Notes: generated by a model not told the origin, from the sequence alone. Counted from the stretch's first letter, positions 20,437 to 31,551 are shown. The stretch is DNA of 64,000 nucleotides from Alphaproteobacteria bacterium (GCA_965202745.1 CBDBCB010000016.1:28262-92261), one strand, 5' to 3'. Numbers and translations are program-made.

Positions 20437-20439
20437 GGG

Positions 20440-21597
20440 CTAGGCGCGGCCGAACCAGGTGTCGAGGAAGCGCTTGTAGATTCGGGTCAGGCCTTCCAAC
20501 TCGTCCAGCCGGACCTGCTCGTCCACTTTGTGCGCCCAGTCGCTGATCAGGCCGAACTCCACCACCGGGCAATAGTCCTTGATGAAGCGCGCGTCGCTCG
20601 TGCCGCCTGTGGTCGAAAGCTCCGGCTCTCTGTTGGTCTCCGCCTTGGTGGCAGCGCTCAACAGGTCCGACAGTTTACCCGGCGGGGTCAAAAAGCTCTC
20701 ACCACTGACCGTAATTTGCAGGTCATAGGGGAAGCCAACCGCATCTAGGCGCTCGCGCGCCCAAGCCTCAACATCGGCGGAGGTATGCAGCTCATTGAAA
20801 CGCACGTTGAAGCGCGCACTGGCCGAGGCCGGAATAAGGTTCGTCGTCGGATTGCCCACATCCACGCTGGTGAATTGCAGCGAGGTCGGCTGGAAATGCT
20901 CCGAACCCTCGTCCAGCGGCTCCACCGTAATGGCGTGCATCATCCGGATCAGCGGGTGAATCGGATTGTTCGCCTGCGCCGGGTAGGCCACATGCCCCTG
21001 CACGCCATCAACTCGCAGCAGCCCATTCAACGAGCCCCGCCGACCGATCTTCAGCATCTGGCCAAGCTCGGAGGGGTTGGTGGGCTCACCCACGATGCAG
21101 GCACCCAGTTCCTCGCCGCGGTCCGCCAGCTTGGTCAGCATACGCTTGGTGCCGTTGTGGGCAGGGCCTTCCTCGTCGCCGGTGATGATGAAGGCGATGG
21201 AGCCCTTCTTCGGCGGCCCATTCTCTTCCAAGTAGCGCCCGCAGGCAGCGGCAAAGGCAGCAATCGCGCCCTTCATGTCCACCGTGCCCCGGCCGATCAT
21301 CACGTCGCCGACAATCTCCGCACTGAATGGCGGATGGCTCCAGACATCGGCGTCGCCCGGCGGCACCACATCCGTGTGCCCGGCAAAACAGAGCGGCGCG
21401 CCCTCTGTGCCCAGGCGGGCATAGAGATTGTCCACGTCCGGCGTGCCATCCATGGTGAATGGCATTCGCTCGCAGGCAAAGCCCATGGGCCGCAGCGCGT
21501 CTTCCAACACGCCCAGCGCACCCTCGTCTACAGGGGTCACGCTCGGGCAGCGGATCAGCGCTTGCAGCAGCGCTACGGGATCGGTCGCATAAGCCAT
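20440..21597 (-). CDS. dapE: Succinyl-diaminopimelate desuccinylase
   Basis: 385-aa M20 peptidase with DapE-typical sequence (LCFAGHTDVVPPGD...GRGTVDMKG). Confidence 0.9.
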   Translation of the reverse strand: MAYATDPVALLQALIRCPSVTPVDEGALGVLEDALRPMGFACERMPFTMDGTPDVDNLYARLGTEGAPLCFAGHTDVVPPGDADVWSHPPFSAEIVGDVMIGRGTVDMKGAIAAFAAACGRYLEENGPPKKGSIAFIITGDEEGPAHNGTKRMLTKLADRGEELGACIVGEPTNPSELGQMLKIGRRGSLNGLLRVDGVQGHVAYPAQANNPIHPLIRMMHAITVEPLDEGSEHFQPTSLQFTSVDVGNPTTNLIPASASARFNVRFNELHTSADVEAWARERLDAVGFPYDLQITVSGESFLTPPGKLSDLLSAATKAETNREPELSTTGGTSDARFIKDYCPVVEFGLISDWAHKVDEQVRLDELEGLTRIYKRFLDTWFGRA

Positions 21598-21616
21598 GGG
21601 CCGGTTGCCTTCCTGC

Positions 21617-22450
21617 TTAGTCGCGCAGCAGGTCGTTGATGGAGGTCTTGGCCCGCGTTTGCGCGTCCACCGTCTTCACGATCACCGCACAGGACAGGCT
21701 CGGATGGGTCGGCCCGCCCGGCAGAGAGCCCGGCACCACCACGGAATAGGCCGGCACGGTGCCGATGTGGATTTCACCCGTGTGGCGGTCGATGATCTTG
21801 GTCGAGCCCGACAGGAACACGCCCATGGAGAGCACGGCGCCTTCCTTCACGATCACGCCTTCCACCACTTCCGAACGCGCACCGATGAAGCAATTGTCCT
21901 CGATAATCACGGGCTCCGCCTGCAACGGCTCCAGCACGCCGCCAATGCCGACCCCGCCCGACAGGTGGCAGTTCGCGCCGATCTGTGCGCAGGAGCCGAC
22001 GGTCGCCCAGGTATCAACCATGGTGTTTTCGCCGACATAGGTGCCCAGGTTCACAAAGGACGGCATCAGCACCACGCCCTTGGAGATATAGGCCGGCTTG
22101 CGGACGAAGCAGCCCGGCACCGCGCGGAAACCAACGGCATCAAATTCCTTTTGCCCCCAGCCTTCAAACTTGCTCGGCACCTTATCGAACCAGTGCGAAC
22201 CGTTCGGGCCACCGGGTACCGGCACGGAATCATGCAGGCGGAAGGACAGCAGCACCGCCTTCTTGCACCATTGGTTGACGATCCACTCATCGCCGAATTT
22301 CTCGACCACGCGCACCTTGCCACTGTCCAGCGCATCCAACGTTTCGTTTACGGCTTCGCGGGCGATGCCTTGCGTCGATGAATTGACGCTGGCGATGTTG
22401 TCAAAAACCTCGTTGATGGTTGCCTCTAGATCGGCGAACGAACCGGCCAT
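21617..22450 (-). CDS. dapD: 2,3,4,5-tetrahydropyridine-2,6-dicarboxylate N-succinyltransferase
   Basis: 277 aa with hexapeptide repeats, in dapD-dapE synteny. Confidence 0.9.
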   Translation of the reverse strand: MAGSFADLEATINEVFDNIASVNSSTQGIAREAVNETLDALDSGKVRVVEKFGDEWIVNQWCKKAVLLSFRLHDSVPVPGGPNGSHWFDKVPSKFEGWGQKEFDAVGFRAVPGCFVRKPAYISKGVVLMPSFVNLGTYVGENTMVDTWATVGSCAQIGANCHLSGGVGIGGVLEPLQAEPVIIEDNCFIGARSEVVEGVIVKEGAVLSMGVFLSGSTKIIDRHTGEIHIGTVPAYSVVVPGSLPGGPTHPSLSCAVIVKTVDAQTRAKTSINDLLRD

Positions 22451-22552
22451 GGTAAATGTCCTTACAGCGGTGGTGTCTTGAATTCGGGCGGAACTTGGCG
22501 GTGCAGCGCGCGCCTGTCAACGCGCAGCTAGCGGGAGGGCCCGCGTACCGGT

Positions 22553-23242
22553 TCAACGGGAGGCGGCGGCCGCTTCCAGCCAGGGGGTCAAGTCTTCGGC
22601 AATATAGTGGATATGGTCGCAAGCAGGCGTCGGCAGCGCATTCGGCCGCTCGTTTTCCACCCAGACCGTGGTCATGCCTATTTGCGCCGCCGGAGCCAGA
22701 TTCTTCGCCATGTCCTCGAAGAAAATCGCCTTTTCCGGCGAGACGCCGGTCATTCTGACGAACTGGTCGTAAGCGGGCATTTGCGGTTTCGGGATAAAAT
22801 CCGCCGCGGCCACATCGAACACCACATCGAAATGATGACCGACGCCAAGCCGGTTCATGATCTCGGTCGCATATTTGACCGTGGCATTGGTGAAGACCAC
22901 CTTCCGCCCCGGCAACTGCCCGATAGCCGCGTCCAGCGCAGGCTCCGGCTTGATCTGATCCAGGTCCAGGTCATGCACGAAATCCAGAAAGTCCTCCGGC
23001 CGGATTTTGTGCTCCACCATCAGGCCGCGCAGCGTCGTGCCATAATCCTTGCCGAAACGCTCCCGCACGGCGAAGGCTTCCTCGCCACTCACGCCCATCT
23101 GCTGCTCGATAAACAGCCGCATTTTCTCACCCATCGCCGGAAACAGGTCGTAGCGGCGCGAGCAGTAAAGCGTGTTGTCGAGATCGAACACCCAGCAATC
23201 GACATGATCCAGATCGCCGGGTTTCGGGTGCGTGCGGCGCAT
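22553..23242 (-). CDS. Pyrimidine 5'-nucleotidase (HAD superfamily)
   Basis: HAD motif I (VFDLDNTLY) near the N-terminus. It occupies the typical alphaproteobacterial position downstream of dapD. Confidence 0.7.
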   Translation of the reverse strand: MRRTHPKPGDLDHVDCWVFDLDNTLYCSRRYDLFPAMGEKMRLFIEQQMGVSGEEAFAVRERFGKDYGTTLRGLMVEHKIRPEDFLDFVHDLDLDQIKPEPALDAAIGQLPGRKVVFTNATVKYATEIMNRLGVGHHFDVVFDVAAADFIPKPQMPAYDQFVRMTGVSPEKAIFFEDMAKNLAPAAQIGMTTVWVENERPNALPTPACDHIHYIAEDLTPWLEAAAASR

Positions 23243-23553
23243 GGGGTGGGAGTTCTCCTGGAGTTTTGCATTTCGCCACGATGTGCCCGCCAGCATAGCC
23301 TCCAGCACGCCCAATGACCAGCGAGGGAGTAGGCATAGGGCGGCAATTCTTTGCTAACCGGCCTAGCGCTAGGTTCACATCGGCAGGCTGTTCTGAGCAC
23401 CGAGCCAAAAATTCCAGCATCCTGGGTAGCGCGGCCGAAGACCGGGCGTATCGAAGAGCGCACGATGTTGCGGAAAAATTGAGAAAACCAGCACACTTGA
23501 GTAGCCCCGGACAGTAGTCCGGGGCGTATAAAAGGACGCTTTAGCAGTCGCTG

Positions 23554-24705
23554 TTACCGCTGCTTGATCGCCCCGCTCGCTGTCAGCTTGTCGATCTCCG
23601 CCGCAGCATACCCCCAGTCGGCCAGCGCCTCCTTGGAATGCTCACCGGCGTAGGCCACACCCATACGGGTTTTGCTGGGCGTGCGCAGGAACTTCGGCGC
23701 AGGGCCCGGCTGTTTGAAGCCATCCACCTCAACGAACGAGCCGCGGGCAACGTTGTGGTGATGCTCCATCGCTTCCGACATGGACAGGATCGGCGCAAAG
23801 CAGATGTCCGTCTGCTCCATGATCGCCGTCCACTCGGCGCGCGTCTTGGTCTTGATGGCGGCCCGGACCGTCTCGCGGTTCTGAGGCCAGCTATCGCGGT
23901 CCAACTGCGCCGACATGTCCACCTTCTCCAGGCCGGTATGCTTCATGAGCAGGGCATAGAATTGCGGCTCGATGGAGCCAAGCGAGATGTACTCACCATC
24001 CGCGCACTCGAACGGGCCGTAATAGTGCGCGCCGCCATCCAACCGGTTATGCCCGCGCTGCTCCTTCCAGAGGCCGGCGGCCAGCGCGCCGTACATGCTG
24101 GTCATCAGTGAGGCGGAACCTTCCACCATGGAGGTATCGACCACCTGACCCTGGCCGGATTTCTGCGCCTCGATATAGGCCGCCAGCGCGCCCACCACCA
24201 TGTAGAGGGCCCCGCCGCCGAAATCGCCGACCAGGTTAAGCGGCGGCACCGGCGGACCGTCCTGCGGGCCGATGGCATGCAGCGCGCCCGACAGCGAGAT
24301 ATAGTTAATGTCGTGACCAGCGGTGTGAGAGATCGGGCCGTCCTGGCCCCAGCCGGTCATGCGGCCATAGACGATCTTCTTGTTACGGGCGAACATCACG
24401 TCCGGCCCCAAGCCCAAGCGCTCCATCACGCCAGGGCGGAAGCCCTCAATCAGAATATCGGCCTTCTCGCACAGCGAGAGCGCCAGCTCGACGCCTTCCG
24501 GGTTTTTCAGGTCAATAGCGATGTTTTTGCGGCCACGCAGCAGGTTGTTGTACTTGGGCTCCACCTTGCCCTTGCCGCCCACATTCATCGCCCGGTCGAT
24601 ACGCAGCACATCAGCGCCCATATCGGCCAGCATCATGCAGGAAAACGGGCCCGGCCCAATGCCTGCGAACTCCACAACCTTTACGCCTGTCAACGGACCA
24701 CTCAT
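23554..24705 (-). CDS. CoA-transferase family III (CaiB/BaiF)
   Basis: 383 aa with VVEFAGIGPGPFSCMMLADMGADVLRID and EGFRPGVMERLGLG. Confidence 0.8.
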   Translation of the reverse strand: MSGPLTGVKVVEFAGIGPGPFSCMMLADMGADVLRIDRAMNVGGKGKVEPKYNNLLRGRKNIAIDLKNPEGVELALSLCEKADILIEGFRPGVMERLGLGPDVMFARNKKIVYGRMTGWGQDGPISHTAGHDINYISLSGALHAIGPQDGPPVPPLNLVGDFGGGALYMVVGALAAYIEAQKSGQGQVVDTSMVEGSASLMTSMYGALAAGLWKEQRGHNRLDGGAHYYGPFECADGEYISLGSIEPQFYALLMKHTGLEKVDMSAQLDRDSWPQNRETVRAAIKTKTRAEWTAIMEQTDICFAPILSMSEAMEHHHNVARGSFVEVDGFKQPGPAPKFLRTPSKTRMGVAYAGEHSKEALADWGYAAAEIDKLTASGAIKQR

Positions 24706-24770
24706 GTTTTCCTCACCTTGATTTCAAATTGCAGTTGGCAGGCAGCATAGCGGTTGCTTCTGGCGGTTCA

Positions 24771-25952
24771 ATGGAGACTCTGCCCATGACCCAACCTTTC
24801 ACCGGCATCCGCATCCTGGATTTCACCCAAGTCTTCGCCGGACCCTACGCCAGCTACCAGCTAGCCCTGCTGGATGCGGACGTGATCAAGGTGGAGAAGC
24901 CGGGCGGTGAGGACATGCGCAACACCAACGGCAAGACCGGACCAAAAGGCGACATGACCTCCCCCATGTTCATGGCCGCCAACGGCAACAAGCGCGGTAT
25001 CTGCCTGGACCTGAAGCAGCCCGAAGCCATTGCTGCCGTTAAGAAACTGGCGGCGGAGGTTGACGTGGTCATGGAGAATTTCCGGCCCGGCGTGATGGAT
25101 CGGCTCGGAATCGGCTGGGACGTGCTGAAGGAAATCAACCCTCGCCTGATCTATGCCGCCGTTTCGGGCTTCGGGCGGGTCGGGCCGGATGCGGCTACCC
25201 CCGCCTATGACGGCAAGATCCAGGCCGTCAGCGGCATCATGTTGATCACCGGCCACCCGGGAATGGGACCGACTCGCGCTGGCTTCGCGGTCGTCGACGC
25301 CGCGGCGGGCATGACGGGAGCCTTCGCCGTCGCCTCAGCCCTGTTCCAGCGCACTGTCACGGGCAAAGGCCAGTTGGTGAACATCTCCATGCTGGATTCG
25401 GCGCTGAGCTTCCTTTCCCCCGCCGTTGCCGACTGGACCTTTACCGGCTTCCGCCCGGTGCAGTACGGCAACATGGCGGTCAGCCGCCGGGCCACCGCGG
25501 ACCTGTTCCAGGCCCAAGACGGCCACTTCCTGCTCGCCTGCAACACGGATGGCCAGTACGAGACGCTGGCGAAAGTGGTTGAGCGTCCGGACCTGCTCAC
25601 CGACCCGCGCTTTGCCGATTGGGACAAGCGGACGGAAAACGCCCCTGCCCTGCGCGATCTGCTGAACGGCGAATTTGCCAAGGCCACTGCCGCCGACTGA
25701 AACGAGCGCCTGAACAAGGCCGGCTGCCCCTGCTCTAAAATCTGGAGCGTCCCAGAGGTGGTTGAGCATCCCCAGCACGCCTACCGCGACGTGCTGCCGA
25801 CGGTCGGCGGCATCAAGCTGGTCAATGCGGGCTTCGCCTTCGAACACGGCGGCCCCAAACTGGAACGCCTGCCGCCCTCCCCCGGCGAGCACACGGAGGA
25901 GGTATTGCGGGAAGGAGGCTTCACCGAAGCGGAGATAGCAGCGCTGAAATAG
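24771..25952 (+). pseudogene. CoA-transferase family III with an in-frame TGA (25698-25700) at a conserved Trp position
   Basis: ORF 24729..25700 and ORF 25758..25952 share one frame. The read-through is ...FAKATAAD*NERLNKAGCPCSKIWSVPEV..., where homologues have ...EWxERL. Confidence 0.65.
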
Positions 25953-25964
25953 GGGGAATTGGGG

Positions 25965-26792
25965 CTACTCCCAACACAATCCATCAGCATCTTGGGTAGC
26001 GCGGCCATAGAAACGCACCAGCTCTTCCACCCGTTCCCGCGGCGCCTGGGCGGTGTAATAGCCGCCGCCCGCGGGCTTCACCCCGATTGAGGCGCGCAGG
26101 TCAGCCTGCAACTCCGCCATCTTCATCACGGCAGCAATGCCGTCCATCACCGGCGTTTCATCCACGCGGTTGACGCCGTTCAGCGCCAGCAGCACGCAGA
26201 GCGGCGCTTCGCCTGGAATGATGACCTCCGCCCCATCCCTGATCATGGCGCGGGCGGATTCCTGGAAGCGCTCAATCACCGGCACGGGATCATTGAAGCC
26301 CGCCACCACGTCATTGAAGGTAAAGCCCTCATGGCGTACGCCGGCCAGCCTAGTGCCCAGCCCTATTTCGCGGGCATTGGCCTCTAGCTGCTCGCTGATT
26401 TCCGGAATGAAATTCAGGATGCCTAACCGCTCGCCGAGCGTACACGAGAGCAGCATCGCCGCCTCGCCATAGCCCACGGCGGGGATATTCAGCAGGCTGC
26501 GGCTCTCCTTCAGGCCCACATCAGGGATCGTGCAGATTGCGTAGGCATCGAAGCCCTGCCGCTCCGCCTCCAGCCCCGCCAGGATAAACTGTACGCTGTG
26601 CAAATGCTGTAGCGAGGCATAGCGGATATCGATGCCGGGATATTCTGTCTGGTAGGTGTCCGGGTGCATGCCGTGCAGCACCACTTCCGTATCCGGCCGG
26701 CAGACATTGGCTATATGTGCCTCCAGCGCGGCCCGGTACGGCGCAAGTTTGGAGAGCACCGTGAAACTCTGGTGCCAAATGCGAAGTCCCAT
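25965..26792 (-). CDS. Asp/Glu/hydantoin racemase-family protein
   Basis: About 275 aa. Family assignment rests on overall sequence character, so confidence is moderate. Confidence 0.55.
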   Translation of the reverse strand: MGLRIWHQSFTVLSKLAPYRAALEAHIANVCRPDTEVVLHGMHPDTYQTEYPGIDIRYASLQHLHSVQFILAGLEAERQGFDAYAICTIPDVGLKESRSLLNIPAVGYGEAAMLLSCTLGERLGILNFIPEISEQLEANAREIGLGTRLAGVRHEGFTFNDVVAGFNDPVPVIERFQESARAMIRDGAEVIIPGEAPLCVLLALNGVNRVDETPVMDGIAAVMKMAELQADLRASIGVKPAGGGYYTAQAPRERVEELVRFYGRATQDADGLCWE

Positions 26793-26805
26793 CGGAAGGC
26801 TCCCC

Positions 26806-27684
26806 TCAGCGCGGTCGGTCGCCACGCACCATCGTGCGGTAGAGCTTATGCTGTTCGCTCATGTCGTAGTCCGAGCCGGCTTTGTGCAAGGCGCTGCGGT
26901 TATCGACGATCAGCAGATCGCCCAGGCTCCAGTTATGGGTGTAGGTGACATCATCCGTGATGATTTCCTCCAGCAGCCCCTTCAGGAAATCCTGAGTCTC
27001 GTGCGGATCCAGCCCCGTAACCGTCTCGGTCTTGCCCTGATGGAACCAGATCGCCTTGGTCCCCCGGTCCGGATGTGTACGCACCAAGGGGTGCATCATC
27101 AGCGGTTCGGCCAGCCGTTGCTGATCGGCGATGGTGTCCGGGTTGCCAAAGGCCAGCCGCGCGCTGCTGATCCGCTGGTTCGCGGTCTGCATCCCAGCCA
27201 GTTGTGCCTGTTTCTCAGCAGGCAATGACGCGTAAGCCGCCCGCATGTTGGCAACCGAGGTGCCACCGCCTTTGCTGGGGATAGCCACGGCGTAGAGGCA
27301 GGTGAACTTCGGCGGCAGTTCCTTGTTGGTGTGGTCGGTGTGCCAGGTGGCGTTTTTCGGCACCTTCGCTTGGTTGCCTTTGCTGTCTTTCTGGAAGTTG
27401 TCCAGGATGCTGACCATCGGCACGCTATCGGCCAGATTGGTCTGGATCTGATCAGGCATCAGCTCTCCGAACAGCTCCATCGCCGCCGCAAACTGCGCCG
27501 GGTTCAAGTGCTGGTCCTTGATCACCACCGCGATATTGTCGACCACGGCGTCGTACAAGGCCTGCCGTGTCGCCTCATCCACCGGCTTGGTCAGGTCGAT
27601 ACCGGTGATCTCTGCGCCGATGTTCTGTTTGATCGGCGTAACGGTGAATGACGGTTGTTTTTGAGAATTTACGGACATTTTCAT
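26806..27684 (-). CDS. TauD/TfdA-family Fe(II)/2-oxoglutarate dioxygenase
   Basis: WHTDHTNKELPPKFTCLYAV and a C-terminal His motif. There is a GGAG RBS before ATG 27684. Confidence 0.8.
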   Translation of the reverse strand: MKMSVNSQKQPSFTVTPIKQNIGAEITGIDLTKPVDEATRQALYDAVVDNIAVVIKDQHLNPAQFAAAMELFGELMPDQIQTNLADSVPMVSILDNFQKDSKGNQAKVPKNATWHTDHTNKELPPKFTCLYAVAIPSKGGGTSVANMRAAYASLPAEKQAQLAGMQTANQRISSARLAFGNPDTIADQQRLAEPLMMHPLVRTHPDRGTKAIWFHQGKTETVTGLDPHETQDFLKGLLEEIITDDVTYTHNWSLGDLLIVDNRSALHKAGSDYDMSEQHKLYRTMVRGDRPR

Positions 27685-27883
27685 GACTGGCGGTCTCCTC
27701 GCGACGCCCATTCTTTGGGCAACTCTGGCAAGGAGTTTACTACAACCAACGTGCCACTACACGTGCATAATTCCGAAACAGCGGGAACGACGGCTTTTCA
27801 GCCGTTTGCTTTGCAATCGCTTGCCAGTCGTGGGAATGGGCGGAGGGCTAATTCTTAGCGCCTTTTGCCTTGCAAAAAGTGCT

Positions 27884-27959
<76 letters not shown>

Positions 27960-28081
27960 TTGACCATTGGTCGTACCAAGGGTGCACCGCCCTTCTGGTC
28001 CCGGCGATGCAGGCGCACCTTATCGCCGGACAGAACTGCCCAAGTCAAGCAAATATCGCGCTGAAACTAGCCCCTGCGCGC

Positions 28082-29638
28082 CTACGCGCGGCGCTGCGCC
28101 TGTCCCAACAACCAAGCCGGCAACATGGCGAAGGCAAACACCGCCGCCAGGGCCAGGAAACAGTCCTGGAACGCAAAGCCCTCTGCCTGCGCCAGCACAA
28201 TGTTGCTGAGGTAAGAAAGCGCCATGCCCTCGCGCACGCTTTCGCTGATGCCGGTCGTCGCCAGCAATTCAGCCACCTTGGCCAAAAGAGAAGCGCTTGC
28301 ATCGTTTCCCGCGGTCTGGGTAGCGGTCAGAGCATCGCTATGAACCGACGTCTGCATCACCAGCCAGACGACCGTCAGGTTGATGCCGCTCGCCCCGCCA
28401 AGCTGGCGTATGAAGTTCATATTGCCGGAGCCTTTGGGAAGCTCCGCCGCCGACAGCGCGCTCAGCGCCGTCGAAGACAAAGACGGCAGAATGAAGCCCA
28501 GACCCATCCGGCTGATTACCGCGAACATGGCAAAATTCCAGAACGGGGTGTTCACGTCGCTGGTCACCATCAACGCCGTGCCGAGGGAGAAGGCCGCCAG
28601 CCCCGACAGCACCATCCAGTAACCCGGAATCTTGTCCGCCAGCCGCCCGGTGAACGGCAACATCATCGCCAGAACCAGGGCTGCGGGCACCATGACCGCG
28701 CCGGCGCGGGTAGCGGTATAGCCCTGCACCTCCTGCACAAAGACCGGGATCAGGTAGGTAGAACCGAAATTGCCCGCGCCGAACACAAACGCGACGAAGA
28801 CCGCAGCGGAAAAGACCGGGTTCCGGAACAATTGCACCGCCAGCAAGGGACCATCCATCCAGACCTGCCACCAGACAAAGAACGCGCTTGAGAGCACACC
28901 GCCCCCTACCAGGGTCATGACATGGTCGGAGCTCCAACCGTAGCGGGGGCCGTGTGCCAAACCGGTCATGATGCAGAACAAGGCGAAGCACAGCAGGCCA
29001 TAGCCAAGCCAGTCAAACCGCGGCAGGCGCACCGGGCGCGGCGGATTGGGCATAATCAGCAATCCGCCTATCATCGCCAGGCTGACGAATGGCAACGGCA
29101 GCAGGAATATGGCCCGCCAGTTAAATGCATCGATGAGGGCGCCGGCAACCGTCGGCCCCAGGCCCGGCGCCAGCACAACGCCTGTCCCGAACACTCCCAT
29201 GGCCAGGCCGCGCTTGTCCGGTGGGAACACCTGAAAGATCGTCACCATCACCAGGGGCTGGACAATCCCGGCGGCAAACCCCTGCATCACCCGGCCGACG
29301 ATAAGAATTTCCATACTGGGCGCGGTTGCCGACACCATGGAGCCCAGACCGAACACTACCAATGTCATAGTGAAGGCTAGCCGCTGCCCCAGGGCTGCAA
29401 TCATCCAGGCGTTCAACAACTGGCTGGCCGTCATGGTGGCCAGGAAGGCGGTTGCCATCCATTGGACCTGGTCCTGGCCGATACCAAAGCCGCCCATCAC
29501 ATGAGGCACCGCCACGTTGACCAATGTCGCGCTCATCATCATTGCAGCGGCACCGCTCAACCCGACGATTGCTACCAACCAGCGGTATTTCGGACCATAC
29601 TTCGCAAACAGGTCATCGACTGTTTCGGTGCTTAGCAT
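28082..29638 (-). CDS. MFS transporter, DHA2 (EmrB/QacA-like, 14 TM) efflux family
   Basis: 518 aa with about 14 hydrophobic helices and MFS signature regions. Confidence 0.85.
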   Translation of the reverse strand: MLSTETVDDLFAKYGPKYRWLVAIVGLSGAAAMMMSATLVNVAVPHVMGGFGIGQDQVQWMATAFLATMTASQLLNAWMIAALGQRLAFTMTLVVFGLGSMVSATAPSMEILIVGRVMQGFAAGIVQPLVMVTIFQVFPPDKRGLAMGVFGTGVVLAPGLGPTVAGALIDAFNWRAIFLLPLPFVSLAMIGGLLIMPNPPRPVRLPRFDWLGYGLLCFALFCIMTGLAHGPRYGWSSDHVMTLVGGGVLSSAFFVWWQVWMDGPLLAVQLFRNPVFSAAVFVAFVFGAGNFGSTYLIPVFVQEVQGYTATRAGAVMVPAALVLAMMLPFTGRLADKIPGYWMVLSGLAAFSLGTALMVTSDVNTPFWNFAMFAVISRMGLGFILPSLSSTALSALSAAELPKGSGNMNFIRQLGGASGINLTVVWLVMQTSVHSDALTATQTAGNDASASLLAKVAELLATTGISESVREGMALSYLSNIVLAQAEGFAFQDCFLALAAVFAFAMLPAWLLGQAQRRA

Positions 29639-29760
29639 CCGGTCATAACCGCGCGAGACCTGCCTTCTCCGGGTTGACCAGGATATTTACCACTGGTCCT
29701 GTCCCGGACGCTATACAATGAGCGGACGGCATTCCGCACAACCGCAATGAGTATTTCTGG

Positions 29761-30201
29761 ATGATCAAATTCTGGCACGGACTGGCAGCTGTCATTCTCA
29801 TTTGGAGCATCGGCACGGCCAACGCTGCGGATAGCGCTATCCTCACCGCAAAGGCAGCCTTCGACAAGGCCCGTGCGGGAGAGATAACGCTGATTGATGT
29901 ACGTTCACCACAAGAATGGCAACAGACAGGCTTACCGGCAGGCGGCATTGCGGAGACAATCCACCGCGATGGGGGACTGCCGGCCTTCGCCACCGCCCTG
30001 CTGGCGCGGCTGGGCGACGACAAATCCAAGCCAGTAGCGCTGATCTGCGCGCGCGGCTCACGCTCTGCCTATACCAGGCAATACTTGGAGCAGGCAGGCT
30101 TCACCAATGTCAGCGACGTTGCAGAGGGCATGATCGGCGGACAGCATGGCACTGGCTGGCAGAAGCAGGGTCTGCCGGTGGAGCGGTGGGCGGCAGAATA
30201 G
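29761..30201 (+). CDS. Rhodanese-domain sulfurtransferase (secreted)
   Basis: Signal peptide (MIKFWHGLAAVILIWSIGTANA), then a rhodanese fold with active-site Cys (LICARGSRS). Confidence 0.75.
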   Translation: MIKFWHGLAAVILIWSIGTANAADSAILTAKAAFDKARAGEITLIDVRSPQEWQQTGLPAGGIAETIHRDGGLPAFATALLARLGDDKSKPVALICARGSRSAYTRQYLEQAGFTNVSDVAEGMIGGQHGTGWQKQGLPVERWAAE

Positions 30202-30226
30202 CAGGCTTGACGGTGCTTCGGACCCT

Positions 30227-30547
30227 CTATCGCCCGGGTGGCGGCTCCAGAAACTCCGTCTCCATGAAGGCGAATTCGTAGTCGTTGCCATTCAGCACAT
30301 TATGCTCGACCCCGGCCTCGCGGAAATAGGGCACGCCGTGCTTCAGTTCGGCTCTGGTCACCCTGCCCTCCGCGTCGACCAGTTCCAGGAATCCGTCCAT
30401 CAGTGGGACGACCACATAGTCATATTCGTGCCGGTGCCAGCCGGTGGCATCGCCGCGCTTTGGGAATCGCCATTCGGTGACGCGGGTACGGGCGTTGTCG
30501 ATGAAGACGGTGGGGACGGCGGTGCCGGGATTGGATGGGGCGCACAT
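30227..30547 (-). CDS. Cupin-domain protein
   Basis: AGGAG RBS before ATG 30547. About 107 aa with a cupin His/Glu motif region (GWHRHEYDYVVVPL...EAGVEHNV). Confidence 0.55.
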   Translation of the reverse strand: MCAPSNPGTAVPTVFIDNARTRVTEWRFPKRGDATGWHRHEYDYVVVPLMDGFLELVDAEGRVTRAELKHGVPYFREAGVEHNVLNGNDYEFAFMETEFLEPPPGR

Positions 30548-30725
30548 GGTCAAATCTCCTAACAAGCTGCTGCAAAAGCTCTTAGCATGACTGAAACGCC
30601 ATCCTTCGACGCGCTCAGGATGAAGAGTTTTTACGGAGGCTTGGTGAAAACTAACAAGGTTTATTTCCTTCACCCTGAGCCTGTCGAAGGGTGACGATAG
30701 CAACTTGGGTTTTTTCAGTAGCCTC

Positions 30726-31480
30726 CTAATACGTCGCCCGGCCGCCGGAAATGTCGAACACGCCGCCGGTGGTGAAGCCATTTTCTTCCGACGCCATCCA
30801 GGTTGCCATGACCGCCACTTCCTCCACCAGAACAAAGCGGCCGCGCGGAATTTTGGAGAGCATCATGTCGATATGACTTTGGCTCATCTGATCGAAAATG
30901 CGAGTCTTGGCAGCGGCTGGCGTGATGCAGTTGACCGTAATGTCATAGTCAGCCAGTTCCTTGCCCAGCGACTTGGTCAGGCCGATAATCCCCGCCTTTG
31001 CAGTGGAATAGGCAGAGGCGTTTGCGTTGCCCTCCTTGCCCGCGATGAAGGCGATGTTGACCACGCGCCCATAATTCTGGCCGATCATCTGGGAGATGAC
31101 AGAACGGCAGCAATAGAAGACCGCGTTCATGTCCAACTCAATCACCCGCCGCCATGCATCTACCGGGGAGTTCCAGGTGACGTCATTCGGGCCGGTGATA
31201 CCTGCATTGTTCACCAGGATATCGATATTGCCGAAGGCATCATTGGACTCGGCAACCGCCACATCAATCTCATCCAGATCGGTAACGTCGCAGACTTGCG
31301 CGAACACTTTGGAGCCGAACTGCTCTGCCGCTTTGCCTAGCTCCGCCTCGTCCGGCCCCACATGGAAACGGTGGCACCGCTTGCCACCATGCGGGTGGTG
31401 ATGGCGAGGCCAAAGCCCTGCGCCGCGCCGGTGACGACCGCGTGGCGGCCTTCAAGATTGATCTGGTTGGTCTGCGCCAT
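30726..31480 (-). pseudogene. Short-chain dehydrogenase/reductase with a frameshift at a 4-nt homopolymer (31357-31360)
   Basis: The N-terminus MAQTNQINLEGRHAVVTGAAQGFGLAITTRMVASGATVSMW (TGxxxGxG) is in one frame. The rest (GPDEAELGKAAEQF...NNAG...YSTAKAG) is in another, and one extra G restores it. Confidence 0.65.
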
Positions 31481-31551
31481 GTGTCTAACTTCCTATGATG
31501 TAGCCTCGTGCTATAGAGAGCACAAATCCGCAAGTCATAGAGGCGAGACAC

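Noticed and set aside
3741-25700. Possible TGA-to-Trp genetic-code reassignment, or selenocysteine, suggested by two in-frame TGAs at Trp-like positions
   Set aside because: TGA is the normal terminator of many intact genes here, for example GemA at 1390-1392 and the F gene at 8487-8489. GC content is 65% and TGG is used normally. Neither protein family contains selenoproteins, and no SECIS-like hairpin follows. Point nonsense mutations or base errors explain them better.
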